Shown piece by piece: positions 43,803-55,197 of a stretch of DNA of 64,000 nt. The DNA is from Cyanophora paradoxa CCMP329. Lineage: Eukaryota; Plantae; Glaucophyta. Made by a program: the position numbers and the translations under genes. The number at the start of each line of letters is the position of its first letter. The stretch's first letter is position 1. The stretch is taken from contig QPMI01000436.1 in NCBI GenBank assembly GCA_004431415.1, forward strand, positions 310,001-374,000. Direction: 5' to 3'. The notes under the pieces were generated by a model. The model was not told the DNA's origin. It made no database searches and worked only from the letters and a program-made list of their open reading frames with translations.

Positions 43803-44112
43803 GCCGTTGAAGTTGGCGGCCGCGGTTGAAGTTGGCGCCGACTTGGCGCCGGCGCCGGCCGGGCGCCGTTGCAATTGTTGGCGGTCCGCGGACCGGACTC
43901 CGCGCCGGGACTTGCCAAAAATTGAAAGGTGCACTGCGGGCCAGTCGACGTCTGCGGCACGACCACGTGCACTCAGTGACTGCACGACGTGTGCACGTGC
44001 ACGTGCGCTGCGGCTGCAGCTGCGCATGCGCGCAGCCTGCAGTGCCCTGCACAGGCTGCACCGTGGCACTGCCCTAGGCCTGCAGTCTGCAGTGACTCTG
44101 CAGAGTCTGCAC

Positions 44113-44524
44113 TAGGCTTGCGGCTAGCGGGGTTCCAGGCCGGCTCGAGCCAAGCCTAGCCAGCCCGAAAAGCGGCTCGAGCGGCTAGCTAGTTGGGCTA
44201 GCCTCGGCCGATTTTCGCCTTCCCTAGCCGGCTAGCTAGTTGGCTAGCTTCCTCCCCCCCTTTTCAAGCTCCTCCCCCCCTCCACTGGCCTGGTCTAGCC
44301 CACGGGGCTTGCCCCTCCGGCTAGCTGGCGGCTCTGATAGGCTCCCGGCCAGCCCCTCCAACTGGACTAGCCCCCCAGGCTAGCAAGCTGGCTAGCGTCC
44401 GATCCCTCCGCGCTAGCCGGGCTTGCGAGCCGGCTAGCCATTCCAAAATGGTGGCTCGAGCCGCCCGCCAAAGTCCGCTAGCCTAGCCGGCTTGCTAGTT
44501 GGCTAGGCTCGAGCCGCAAGCCTA
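44113..44524. mobile_element. Non-autonomous hAT element (412 bp)
   Basis: 13-bp TIR TAGGCTTGCGGCT/AGCCGCAAGCCTA, perfect 8-bp TSD GTCTGCAC (44105-44112 and 44525-44532), dense internal GCTAG/CTAGC motifs. Confidence 0.92.
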
Positions 44525-44771
44525 GTCTGCACTGACTCTGCAGAGTCACTGATGATCATGAGTCAGTGCAGACCGTCGGATCCGGAGTCCGGACTGCACT
44601 GCGCATGCGGCAGTGCGCGCGGATCCGGACCGTCGGACTGCTGCGCCGGTCCGAAGGCGCCAGCGGGCGCACGCGGTCAGCTACAGAGCGGCGCGCGGTC
44701 TCTGAGGCTGAGACTCAGCCTGAGAGATCTAGAGCCTGAGAGCACCCTCGTTCAGATCGATATCCCAACTC

Positions 44772-45149
44772 TTGTTCCGAAAGTTCCCAGATCTTCCCCA
44801 GCCCGCCAGGCTGAGGTGCCCTTCAGCTTCTCGTGCTCTGCATGCATATGCGCCCAAGCCTCCCAGGCTGCAACCGACAGGCATCTGCGCGGCAGCTGCA
44901 GGTTCTCTGGTCACTAAGTCAGCCTCGCGTTTCGACATCCGGTCCTCGACCAGCATGGGGTCAAACGCCTCTTGCTACACAGGTGCGCTGATCATGATGC
45001 GCATGCGCTTTGTGGCCAGCTCAGTGCGGAAGTTCTTGATCGTGGCGGTAAACAGAGCGCGACTGCAAGGACCAAATCCCGACGATGAATTCCTCACCCA
45101 CCGAAAAGGAATGCAGGGACTGGGGCGCCTTATCGAGGATGACGACTAA
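44772..45149 (+). pseudogene. Possible decayed hAT transposase C-terminal dimerisation fragment
   Basis: LHAYAPKPPRLQPT...TGALIMMRMRFVASSVRKFLIVAVNR loosely fits the hAT dimerisation pattern and is followed by an acidic tail. Weak. Confidence 0.3.
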
Positions 45150-45759
45150 CTTCATAGGAAAAAACAAGTGCAAAAACCTGCAGCTCGACCAGGAGGACCA
45201 GGTGCGCCGCGCTCCTCCGAAGCGGACTGATCATGACAGGAGATCCTGACTAGTATACGTACTGCCCATTCCTCTCAGGCGGTGCTCCTCGAGGTCGAGG
45301 GAGATCACGCCGAGGCGGGACTGGAGGACGTTGAGGATGCGGACGCTGATGCTGAGGGGGACGACCTCCTCGAGCTCGAGCTCGAGCTTGTGGTGCGTTC
45401 TCCTCGCGAAGCTCAAGCTTGCCAATTGAATCTTAGCTGCATACGACCTCCTGATAACGGTAAACAGGTCGGGGCTCATGACGAGGCGGCGGTCACGGAC
45501 CTGATCGCCGAGTGATTCTGCCCCGGCGCCCATCCGCCGCGCCAGCCTCGCGCCGGCTCGGCGCATGTGAGCTAGAGCTAGCTGTTTAAATGAGATTTCA
45601 TTCCATTTCGAGACTGCATACCGCGGCGAGCCGCTGAGCATCAGAGCAGATCTAGAGGCGAGAATATAAACTGAATTCGCTCATGATCAGAACCGAGACA
45701 ACACCCCGCTGGCGCTCGCGGCAGCTGTACCGCTCCACCGCTGTACCCCTCTCTGCTCT

Positions 45760-47520
45760 AAATCTCTACCCCCAGGCTCGGCCCTGGACCTGATCGTCGC
45801 CGTTGAGAACGGCAAGACCTCGGGCCACTGGTGCGGCCTCTCGGTCGTCCCTCCAGGCCGCCCCCTCCCTCCTGGCTATCCCCTCCCTCTGTGCGTGCCA
45901 CCTTTCTGTACCATGTACCCCCTGTTCTGATGCCATAACCCCCGCAGACAGCGAGTGCGCCGAGGTTCGGGTGGAGGGGCGCGTGGAGGGGTACGACCCC
46001 TCTTCCGGTGATCTCTCCGTCCTTCTCGAGGTTCGTCGCGTATCCCCCGTTCCGCCCTGTCCGTTTCTCAGCCCGCCGCCGCAGCTGTCGGACCCTGAGA
46101 GGCGCATCGTGGCTCTGTTTCCGTACAGGTCGCTCCTGAGGGCCGCTTCGGACCGGTCTCCCTTCGCCTGGAGGGCACGCCGTCCCTCTGGCGCCCCGGC
46201 GTCGGCGGGTCCCTCTACTCCCTTCGTGCCTCTACCCCCTCCGACTCGCTCTCCGTACCCCTCGGCTTCCCCGGCCACTCCGTCCCCCTCCGCGGCAGCC
46301 CGCTCTCCGCCGGCGGTGTACCCCTCTTCGTCCGCGCCTACCACGACGACCTCACGGCCCCCGGGGGCGGGCCCCTGCCCCCCGGGTACCCCCACCTCGC
46401 GGCCCGGATCGCCGCCCTCTCCGAGCTCGGCTTCGACCTCTCCGTACCCTCCTCGTACCCCTCGGCCCTCGTACCCCCCGCCTACCTCGACGTGGCCAAC
46501 GAGCGGGGGGTACTCGTCTCGGCGGTGGCCCCGCGGCCCGCCCCCGCCGCGCGGCAACCCTGCCTCCTCAGGGGCAAGCTATCCTCGGGGGTACAGGGCA
46601 CCTCCGTGGTCCCGGACCCGGGAGCTCCCCGGCACCTCCAAGGAGGCCCTACCCCTCGCCCACATCCAGCTGCGCTACGCGCCCCTGACCGCGCTGCGGC
46701 CCTCTCCCTACCCCCCGAAGAGGCCGCCGCTGCGGCGCTCTGCTGGTCGCGGGACCTTCTGCGAGTACTAGTCAAGGAGGAGGCCGCGGCGGCTCGGCTC
46801 GAAGCCGGACCGGAGTGCCGCGGCCTCCTCATTAATATTGCTGAGTGCCTCAAGTTCGACTACTTCTGCGGCCCGCCCACCGCCGCCGTCCCCGACCGAC
46901 TCGACGCCCACGCGACTCTCCGCCCCGCCCTCGGCCCCCTCACCGTCCTCCGAGAACACTTCCCGCGCTCCCTCCGGCGTGGCCAGTCCGGCCCTACCCC
47001 CGCCCTCCTCCTCGATGCCGCGGCTCCGCACGGGTACGACCTCACCGGCGCCCGCCTCTGCTGGGAGCTCTCCGCGGGCCCGAAGCAGCTCGCCGAAGGC
47101 TCCTTCGATGTACCCGCGGAGCTGGGCGCCTACCCTCCGGCCCAGCTCGGCGAGGTACCCCCCTCCGCCCTCGCCGCGGTGCTGAAGGCCGCCTCCGCCG
47201 ACCGGCCACACGTCCTCTCCCTCTCGGCCCGGCTCGTCGACGAAGAGGGCCGTACCCTGGCCGAGAACGCCTGGCGCTCGATCATGTACCCCTCCACCGC
47301 GGACGTCCTCCGCGGTACCCGTCTCGCCGTCACCGGCTCGGGACCCGAGGGAGCCGCCGCCGTCGCCCTGCTGCCGCAGTGCGGCCCGCTCTCACCGAAG
47401 GCGTGAGCGCCCCGCGGCTGCACGTCACCCCCTCCTTCGACGAGGAGGCCGCGGTCGCCGCCTGCGCCGGCGCGACGGTGCTGCTCCTGGGCTCGCAGGG
47501 CGCGTACGACGCTCTGGGCC
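45760..47520 (+). CDS. Degenerate glycoside hydrolase family 2-like gene or fragment (multi-exon)
   Basis: The frame of ORF 46492 extends upstream to read LWRPGVGGSLYSL...DSLSVPLGF...GGVPLFVRAYHDD...LSELGFDL...PPAYLDVANERGVLV, the GH2 Ig-to-TIM-barrel pattern. No catalytic NE motif seen. Confidence 0.55.
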
Positions 47521-48477
47521 ACACTACTATTAATATAATATTGATATCTACATGTACAGCTGATTGGCACCTACCTCGCAGGGGTCAACGTCCGTCGTGG
47601 TCACGACGATCTCAAACACAAACACGAATCCAAGCAGAAATCTAGATCCAGATTCTGACATCAGGTTGGAACCTCAGGGATCCGGATCCAGCCCCTCCTC
47701 TGTCGGGCCCATTGTCGGTGCAGGTCTGTCTGTTCAGTTCGGCTCGATTAAACTAGGGGGAGCGATTGGCGAGAGACCGAAGCGTTTAACACGAGCTAGT
47801 ACGCCTCTTAATGCATATCTGATGCTCAGTCTCTCGCGGACGCGGTACAAAATTTTCCTAGATGTATGGCCATAGAAAGGCGACGAGGAAAAGGCCAGTT
47901 TCGCGGCGAGCTAGCCGAGCTAGCAGTGCGCCCGGCCGGCGTCTTATTGCTCCAGCATTCGAGTCCCGAGAAGGGCAGATGGGGGGAGCGGGGGGGCCTG
48001 GGCGGGCCTTGAGCTGCCTTCTGTCGAGGGCTGAAGAGGGGGCCGGGGCGCAGCGACCTCCGAGGCCAACTTTCGCGCGGCGAGCTTCTGGCGGGAGACC
48101 AAAAATGTTTTTCATCTCTGCTGATCTAAAATGCACTTCCTACCTGCCCGGCCGCGGTCTCGCGCCAGTCACTCGCTGTGCTCCGAAAAAATGAGAGTAC
48201 CCCCATCAGGGTGGGCCCGCCCTCTTTGCCACCCTCACCCCTCCAAAACCACCCCATCCCACCCACTCCAGCGCCTTCCCAGCCCTCATTCTTTCCCACT
48301 CTCTCGCTACGTCTACCGCCCTTCTCTCCCTCTGGTCTACCTCCCCTTCCATCCAGCAACCGCTAGGTAGTATCTAACGTCTACTCCAATCGATCTTGCA
48401 AAAGATATAGCAGTGAATTGAGGCGGGCCCCCCAAACGCGTCGTATAATTGTATAATCGAGCATTGAGGCGATATCA

Positions 48478-51400
48478 TTGTATAATCGACGCGTCATACA
48501 TTGGGCCTTCAAAAATAAATTGATTAGAATTTCAGCACAAGGCTCGAGAACACGTTTTGCAACGTTGGAAAAGTACGCTTCACTCTTGAACGAACTTGCA
48601 AGACTTCCTAGGTCAGCGCGTCCTGTGTCAGGTCGTCGACTAGAGCTAGCGATTGCTGAGGGCCAGGCCGACATTGTTCGAGGGTTCTCAGAATTACCTG
48701 AGGTTGACGGTGGAGATGATGTTCAAATCAATGACAGCAATACGACTACAGCGCTTGACGGGCGATATGCGGAGTGGAAATACCAATTGCCTCGCGGTTC
48801 TGGCCGCGTAACCTCGATGCAAGCCCGATTTGAGAACAACGAACTTTTCAAACAGAACGCAATAGCATTCGTTAGCGCCCAGGTAAATCTTGCAGAGGCG
48901 GTAAGAATGGGCATTGCACTACAAATCTCTGGATTAGCGGTATACAGAAAGCCAGAGACTGATACAACAATTGCAATCATTATTGAGCATCGCCGTTTCG
49001 ATCGCATCGAGCCAGGGGCAAGCATCGAGACTGCTCTGCGCTCACAGCTGGAAGAACTAGACATTCTTGCGACAGAGAAAAGCAGGGATTCCTCAGTTTT
49101 CGACACATGGATACATCTGGTCTTTAAAACTGTGCGATACTTCCGCCGCATGGGTGGTCGTGGACGTAGGTTCACACTCCCGCGGTGGCTTGTGGAGAAG
49201 CAGGCACTCATCAATATCGATGCTCCGAACAATGAATGCTTCAAGTATGCTGTACTTGCAGCTCAGCACGCGCTACGACCGGGCCAGGATTCACGTAGTG
49301 CTTGTCATTATCGACCGTATGAGAGCTCTTTGGACTGCACTATGCTCACATTTCCCACCCCGCTAGATTCAAAGGTTTTCAAAAAGTTCGAGCAGGCTAA
49401 CAACGTAAACCTATGTATTTATACGACAGCATTAGATGAACAGGACATTGTACCAATCCATATCAGCGCAGCAAAAGACGCAATACCAATCTTGTATGTA
49501 CCTGCAGGCAGCGACAATGATGTAGGGCATTATCTCTGGATCAAGAACATCTCACGTCTGTTTGGAAAACATGATTCTCCCGCCAAACACTATTGTCTTG
49601 CGTGTCAAACAGGTTTTAGCTCAGGTGCTGCGTTTGAAAATCATCTTAAATATGACCGTTGCCTCGATCGAGACGAGCATGCGAGAGATGTTCTGCCGAA
49701 AAAAGGAGCCCACATCCAGAAGTTTATTAACTATGAGTACTCAATCCGGCAACGTCTGGTCGGATATGCTGATTCAGAGACGATTACAATGCCAATTCCC
49801 TGCATTAGTGGAAAGACCGAAAAGAAAGGTGTGCATGTGATTGCTTCAGTCGGCTGTCTGGTTGTATCTTCGAAAGGTGAACAGTTTTGTTTCAAATACA
49901 TGGGTTCGGAGAGCGAGGACTGCGCTGAGAAGTTCGTGCAATGGTTGGACGAAATGGAACCACAATTTCGAGAGCTCTTGCGAGAGACTGCACCAATCCA
50001 GATTACTCAGGAAGAGGAGCAGCGTTTTCAAACGACGACCGAGTGCTACATGTGCAAGAACACGTTCAAGGATGCGAAAGACAAGCACCGTGATCACTGC
50101 CACGAATCTGGCCGATATTTCGGGGCTGCCTGCAGAGCTTGCAATCGACGCCGCGCGAAATCAGCTGCTGTTCCATTATTCTGGCACAACGGTCGAGGAT
50201 TTGACTTCCACCTGCTCGTACGTGCTCTAGCATCTGGCTATAACCGTCGTTTAGCAGCTTGGAAGGAGTTTCAAGCGCATGTCGAAAGCGAGTTTGAAAG
50301 CAAGTACGGTGGACGTGAGATGACCCCAGAGCAGAAAAAGAAGGCGAAGAAGGGGCTCGAACGCCGACTCCGCCCACAGAGTCTCCTTTCGATAAAATTC
50401 GATCAGGTCTTTCAGAATAGCGAGCGAATTTCGCAGTTCAAGTATGGAATTTACGTTCTACGGGACTCGGCTCAGCACTTGAATGCGAGCTTGGACGACC
50501 TTGCAAAGGCTCTGCCCGCGGAAAAGAAGAAGATCACGCGCTCGCTGTATCTGGACGAGACTCGGTTCAAGCTGATGACTAGCAAAGGGATTTACCCTTA
50601 TGATTACATGACGAGCTGGGCTCGCTTTCAGGAGTCTAAACTGCCTGCACGTCGTTATTTCAAAAATCAGCTTAAACAGAAGAAATGCACGAAAGATGAG
50701 TACGCACATGCGAAGGCTGTTTGGCGAGAGCTCGGCTGCAGAACGCTATCAGGCTATACAATGGAGTATATGATGACAGATATCGCGTTACTAGCTGACG
50801 TGTTTGAAAACTATCGTGATACGTGTATTGAAACGTATGGCCTAGATCCTAGCTATTTTATGTCATCGCCGGGATTCGCTTGGCAGGCAGCACTTAAGCA
50901 CACTGGAGTGAAGCTCGAGCTCTTTCACGAGGGGCAGCAGGATATGCACAGATTTATAGAATCCGGGATCAGGGGCGGAATCTCAATGATCTCAAAACGC
51001 TACGCACGAGCTGAGAACAAATATTTGAGCATAAAGTTCAACAAGTACACCCACGCTGTTGAGCCTACAGTCTCACAGTCTACATGCATGTCTAACTACT
51101 ACCGAACACACAAGGAATCGTGGCTCATGTACCTCGATGCAAACAACTTGTACGGCGTCGCAATGAAGCGCAAGCTACCACAGGAGATTTCCGCTGGGAT
51201 AAACTAGATCAAGACGTTGATGTAATGCAGTACGTTGCAAGCCTTGACGCGGATGGAGCTCGTGGCTATGCTCTCGAAGTCGATATGTACATGCCTGAGC
51301 ATCTCCATGACGAGTTCTCAGACTATCCGCTGGCCCCTGAACGGATGTGTGTGTCCAAGGAACACCTATCAAAGCGACAACAGGATATGATTAACGACGA

Positions 51401-52450
51401 GAAGCTTACCTCAGTTGAACGAACTCCAAAGCTCGTTCCGAATCTGCTTCCAAAAAAGAATTATGTTGTTGATGGACGCTTGCTTCAGCTCTATACGTCA
51501 CTGGGAATGATAGTAACCAACATCCATCGGGTCCTATCGTACGAACAAAGCGCATGGCTAGGGCGTTTCATAGATCTCAATACTCAAAACGTAAAGAATC
51601 GCAGTTCACATACCAGAAGGACCTTTACAAGTTGATGAACAACAGTGTCTTCGGAAAGACGATGGAGAACGTGAGAAAGCACTGCTTTTCAGAGCTTGTG
51701 ACTTCGGGAGACCGTCTGGTGAAGATCAACAGCGAACCAAATCGGTTGAAGCAGGTGGTGATGTACGAAGAGAACCTTGTATTCGTTTCCAAGCGCAAAA
51801 GTGAGTACAATCTGAACAAACCTATCTACTGCGGGTTCGTCATCCTCGAACTTTCCAAGCTGCACATGTACCGCTTTTACTACCAGGTGCTCAAGCCGCT
51901 TTGGGGCCAGCGGCTGACACTATTAGGTACGGATACTGACAGTCTCATCATCGAGGTTCGCACCAAAGATATCTATGCTGATTTACGCTCAATCAAGCAT
52001 GAGCTGGATGTTAGCGACTACCCAGAGACACATCGATTCTTCGATGGCATGACAGCCGATGAGGTTCGAGCTCTACGATCGATGGGGAAAACTCCGGGAT
52101 TATTCAAGGATGAGCTCCATGGTCTGCAAATGACAGAGTGGATCGCTAACCGGCCGAAATCTTATTATTATTCGCGTGAAGATTCCACGGACAAGCAGGT
52201 ATGCAAGGGTATTCAAAAGACGTACTACAACAGACTCACAAGGGATGTATTCTTCCGGTGCGTCTGTCCTAAAGAGGGAGAAAAGCAATCGTATGACATC
52301 AAAGGAATTCTCGGTTTCCGCTCGAAACTACATGAGATTTATTTACAACGAACCTCGCGTCAGGCTCTCCATCCCCTTGATACCAAACGTTTCCTCGAGA
52401 CTGACGGGATCAACACCCGAGCGGTTGGACATTATAAAAATCGCGCCTGA
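48478..52450 (+). CDS. Protein-primed DNA polymerase B (element A), split by two single-base frameshifts near 51180 and 51590
   Basis: OTU-like NECFKYAVLA...GHYLWI. Exo I YADSET, EndoVII-like CYMC...RDHCH...CRACN, Exo II WHNGRGFD, KGIYPYDY, Exo III YMMTD, IRGG. Pol A YLDANNLYG, Pol B YKLMNNSVFGKT, Pol C TDTDS. No in-frame ATG at the ORF start. Confidence 0.93.
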
Positions 52451-52459
52451 TTTACAAAG

Positions 52460-53362
52460 ATGTACCAGATTACTGCGCCACCGGGTGCGTGGCAAATTGA
52501 CGTGCTGTTCATTGGGAGATTTCGCCTGTTCGCAGCGGTCGAGATTGCAACCCGTTTCGCTGTGGTCCGTAAGCTCGAGACTTTTAAGCAGCTTCCAAAA
52601 ATGATCGAGCAGCTACCTGGAATATGGGGCTTTTCAGGAGACAACGGCTTTAACACAGCAGCGATTCGGGCAATGGCAGAAGAGAACTCGTTAAAAATGC
52701 ACACTGATGTTGCCAAAGATGACCACATTTCAAAAGGAGACAAACTTGGAATTATCGATAGGTTCGCGAGGACATTAAGAGCGTTGATTCAGGCAGACAC
52801 AGAAGCACGCGGATCACCACATTTCCTCTCGCGTTTGCCGGTAATTGTAAAAGCGTACAATGAAACAGCCCACAGCTCTTTTGGCGGGGAGCACTCACCA
52901 AAGTGGATGCGGGAAAATACACAGGTAGCCGAGCAGCTTCATCAAGTGCGACAGCGACAGAACGATATTGAACGAGACAATTCGAACATACCGCGCACAG
53001 GGACCGAAGTGCAAATCCTTGAACCAAAGAGCAGCGTGTTTGCAAAGGGAACCACAAAGCCAAGCAAAGAGACATATGTTGTTGCTGGCGCTGATAGAAA
53101 TCGTATAAGGCTTATCACTAAACAAGGCGTGGAGATTTCTAGACGCGTTAAACCATCGGAAATACGTCAGCCGCGTGAGCGTGCGCCTCAAACACGAATC
53201 GAAAAAGAAGAAGCGCAAATGCGACAGCAGAGGCAATTGAGGCGTGAGGGATTGATCGAAATGAAAAAATACAGCGGCCAGAGCCGGCAGTATCGAGAGC
53301 TCAAGAAGCTCGAAGTGGATGCTGAGCCTAAGCTGCGAGCGGGCGCTAAGCCACGTCTTTAG
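52460..53362 (+). CDS. Retroviral-type (rve) integrase, element A
   Basis: PGAWQIDV, FAAVEIATRF, SGDNG, KLGIIDRFARTLR, VKAYNETAHSS, followed by an SH3-like region. Confidence 0.85.
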   Translation: MYQITAPPGAWQIDVLFIGRFRLFAAVEIATRFAVVRKLETFKQLPKMIEQLPGIWGFSGDNGFNTAAIRAMAEENSLKMHTDVAKDDHISKGDKLGIIDRFARTLRALIQADTEARGSPHFLSRLPVIVKAYNETAHSSFGGEHSPKWMRENTQVAEQLHQVRQRQNDIERDNSNIPRTGTEVQILEPKSSVFAKGTTKPSKETYVVAGADRNRIRLITKQGVEISRRVKPSEIRQPRERAPQTRIEKEEAQMRQQRQLRREGLIEMKKYSGQSRQYRELKKLEVDAEPKLRAGAKPRL

Positions 53363-53663
53363 CAAGGCATCTACGCGCAATAGCATTCCTGTGGTACTCC
53401 CGGATCCTATCAGGATTCTCAGCTCGATACTTCGCTGTGATGGCAAGCTGTTTCAAACGGTATGTTTCGTTCGTGTGGCGCAGTTTGCGATTGCGTTCAG
53501 CATTCTTTCTGCGTCGCTCTGCTAAAATCTCCGGGGTGACCTCGATCGGTTTAGGTCCCTTCTTCTTCGGTTCATATGGCTCCATTGTCAAAAGACGAAC
53601 CTTAGGAGGCCGTCCACGTCCACGTTTAACCGCAGCACAATCCGCAGTAATTGCAGAAGTCAT
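53346..53663 (-). CDS. Small basic AT-hook DNA-binding protein
   Basis: KRGRGRPPK AT-hook plus a basic helix; CTTAAAAG motif 45 nt upstream of the ATG. Confidence 0.7.
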   Translation of the reverse strand: MTSAITADCAAVKRGRGRPPKVRLLTMEPYEPKKKGPKPIEVTPEILAERRRKNAERNRKLRHTNETYRLKQLAITAKYRAENPDRIREYHRNAIARRCLAKDVA

Positions 53664-53775
53664 TGTTCGGTTTGTCTCTCAATAATAAGAGACATAAATC
53701 CTTTTAAGACGAATTAGCGCGACTTTTGAGGCTTAAAGATAATGCAAACTGTAAATGTAACGAAAAAGAAGAGAC

Positions 53776-54312
53776 ATGGAGGTCATCGTTCCAGAGATTC
53801 CTGAAGGTGCTGCTTTGATTCCGATAGGCGGCATTTGTAATCGACAGAAAGTCATCGTCGCCTACGCTCTTGTGTCACAGGAAGATGCTGATCGTGTGCT
53901 GGGGAAACGGTGGTGTTTGAGCAAAACTGGGTATGTCATCACCACGATCAATCGAAAGATTATGTATTTGCATAACTTCATCAGTGGCGAGTTGGAGAAC
54001 GGTTTGACTATCGATCACATTAATCTGAACAAACTCGATAATCGCCGCGAGAACATGCGGCTTGCAACAAGACGGCAGCAGAATTTGAACCAAAGTCGGC
54101 GGGTCACAAACACCAGCGGATTCATTGGTGTTTACTTCAATCAGCAGCGTGGTAAATGGCAAGCACATTACACGATAAATTGGAGTAAAAAGCACATCGG
54201 TCTGTTTCAAACAGCAGAGGCTGCAGCTCGTGCTCGCGATGCATATGCCTTAGAACATACCATCGAAGAGGACAAGCCATTCTTGCGGTTGAACTTTCCA
54301 GTCACCGTTTAA
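53776..54312 (+). CDS. HNH-AP2 homing-type endonuclease
   Basis: HNH IDHINLNKLDNRRENMR followed by AP2 SGFIGVYF...KWQA...HIGLFQTAEAAARARD. Confidence 0.92.
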   Translation: MEVIVPEIPEGAALIPIGGICNRQKVIVAYALVSQEDADRVLGKRWCLSKTGYVITTINRKIMYLHNFISGELENGLTIDHINLNKLDNRRENMRLATRRQQNLNQSRRVTNTSGFIGVYFNQQRGKWQAHYTINWSKKHIGLFQTAEAAARARDAYALEHTIEEDKPFLRLNFPVTV

Positions 54313-54344
54313 TCGAAGGGATTAATGCCCTTTCTATTTTTTTA

Positions 54345-54713
54345 ATGGAACTCGAAGAAGATCTAGATGAAGAGCAATGCTGGCCTGGTAGGACTCAACT
54401 CACCCCAAGTCACTGCATAAGCTTTGGCATTTTCAAGGGTGCAAGCTATCTGTGGATCGCATCAGCACGTCCAGAATATAGTGCTTGGTTGCTTAGGCAG
54501 CCTTGGCTACCGGCTTTTGATCGCGCTGCTTTTTTACGCGCACAAAGCGCAATAGAGCCGAAATCGTTCCAGAGGCTTTGTCAACAGCATAAACGCGGTC
54601 CGCGCTCACGCCTTCATATATCAAAACCTGATACGAATGACCCCATTCAACGAAAAGACGCATTAGATTTGCTCGACTCGCTCCGGCGTTATATTCGTCA
54701 AAGCAAGTGTTGA
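54345..54713 (+). CDS. Small hypothetical protein with an FG-x-x-KG...P-x-Y-x-x-W motif
   Basis: ISFGIFKGASYLWIASARPEYSAWLL resembles the short FGKYKG module seen in viral and bacterial proteins. Overlaps the ATPase gene on the opposite strand. Confidence 0.55.
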   Translation: MELEEDLDEEQCWPGRTQLTPSHCISFGIFKGASYLWIASARPEYSAWLLRQPWLPAFDRAAFLRAQSAIEPKSFQRLCQQHKRGPRSRLHISKPDTNDPIQRKDALDLLDSLRRYIRQSKC

Positions 54714-55197
54714 ACTCTTTGACATTCGAGAGAATTGACGAGAAACAGACGTACTCACAATTCCTTCGAATTGTAGGGCTGATTCCACAAAGACGTTGAG
54801 TGGTTATGAAAAGGCTGATGTTATAATGACGCCCACTAGTAAAAAGCTTTTGCATTAATCGATCACTGTGGACATTTACATAGTCATTGTCTAAAAGGTC
54901 GTCGAGCACGATTGCAATCTTGCGCTCATCTTTCTTGCGTCGTCTTTCTTTTTGACGCTCTAGAAGGCTCTCAACCAAAACTGGATCCCATTCTTCGTGA
55001 ATATTGTTTGAGCGAGTCGTGTCGTTCCACTGCTCTGTAAATGCGGTGGTACTAAAAACGAAGACGTCGTCTAACTGTGGAGCTACTGCATTTAATACAT
55101 GTTTAACGTAGGTGCTCTTGCCCGAGTTTGTTGGACCGACAAACAGGAAGCGCTTAGGCAATTTTATTTCTGTAGGATCAAACAATTTGATGTCCAT
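54493..55197 (-). CDS. A32/FtsK-HerA family genome packaging ATPase
   Basis: Walker A FVGPTNSGKST, Walker B IAIVLDD, LFTSGRHYNISLFITTQ, ISPTIRRNC. Confidence 0.93.
   Translation of the reverse strand: MDIKLFDPTEIKLPKRFLFVGPTNSGKSTYVKHVLNAVAPQLDDVFVFSTTAFTEQWNDTTRSNNIHEEWDPVLVESLLERQKERRRKKDERKIAIVLDDLLDNDYVNVHSDRLMQKLFTSGRHYNISLFITTQRLCGISPTIRRNCEYVCFSSILSNVKEFNTCFDEYNAGASRANLMRLFVEWGHSYQVLIYEGVSADRVYAVDKASGTISALLRFVRVKKQRDQKPVAKAA

Noticed and set aside
47521-47560. ACACTAC... as the left terminus of element A, matching B's ACAC start
   Set aside because: Tempting, but it is followed by a host-type branch point and acceptor (GCTGAT...CTCGCAG) and an exon-like stretch. It cannot be confirmed without A's other end, so the boundary is left open.
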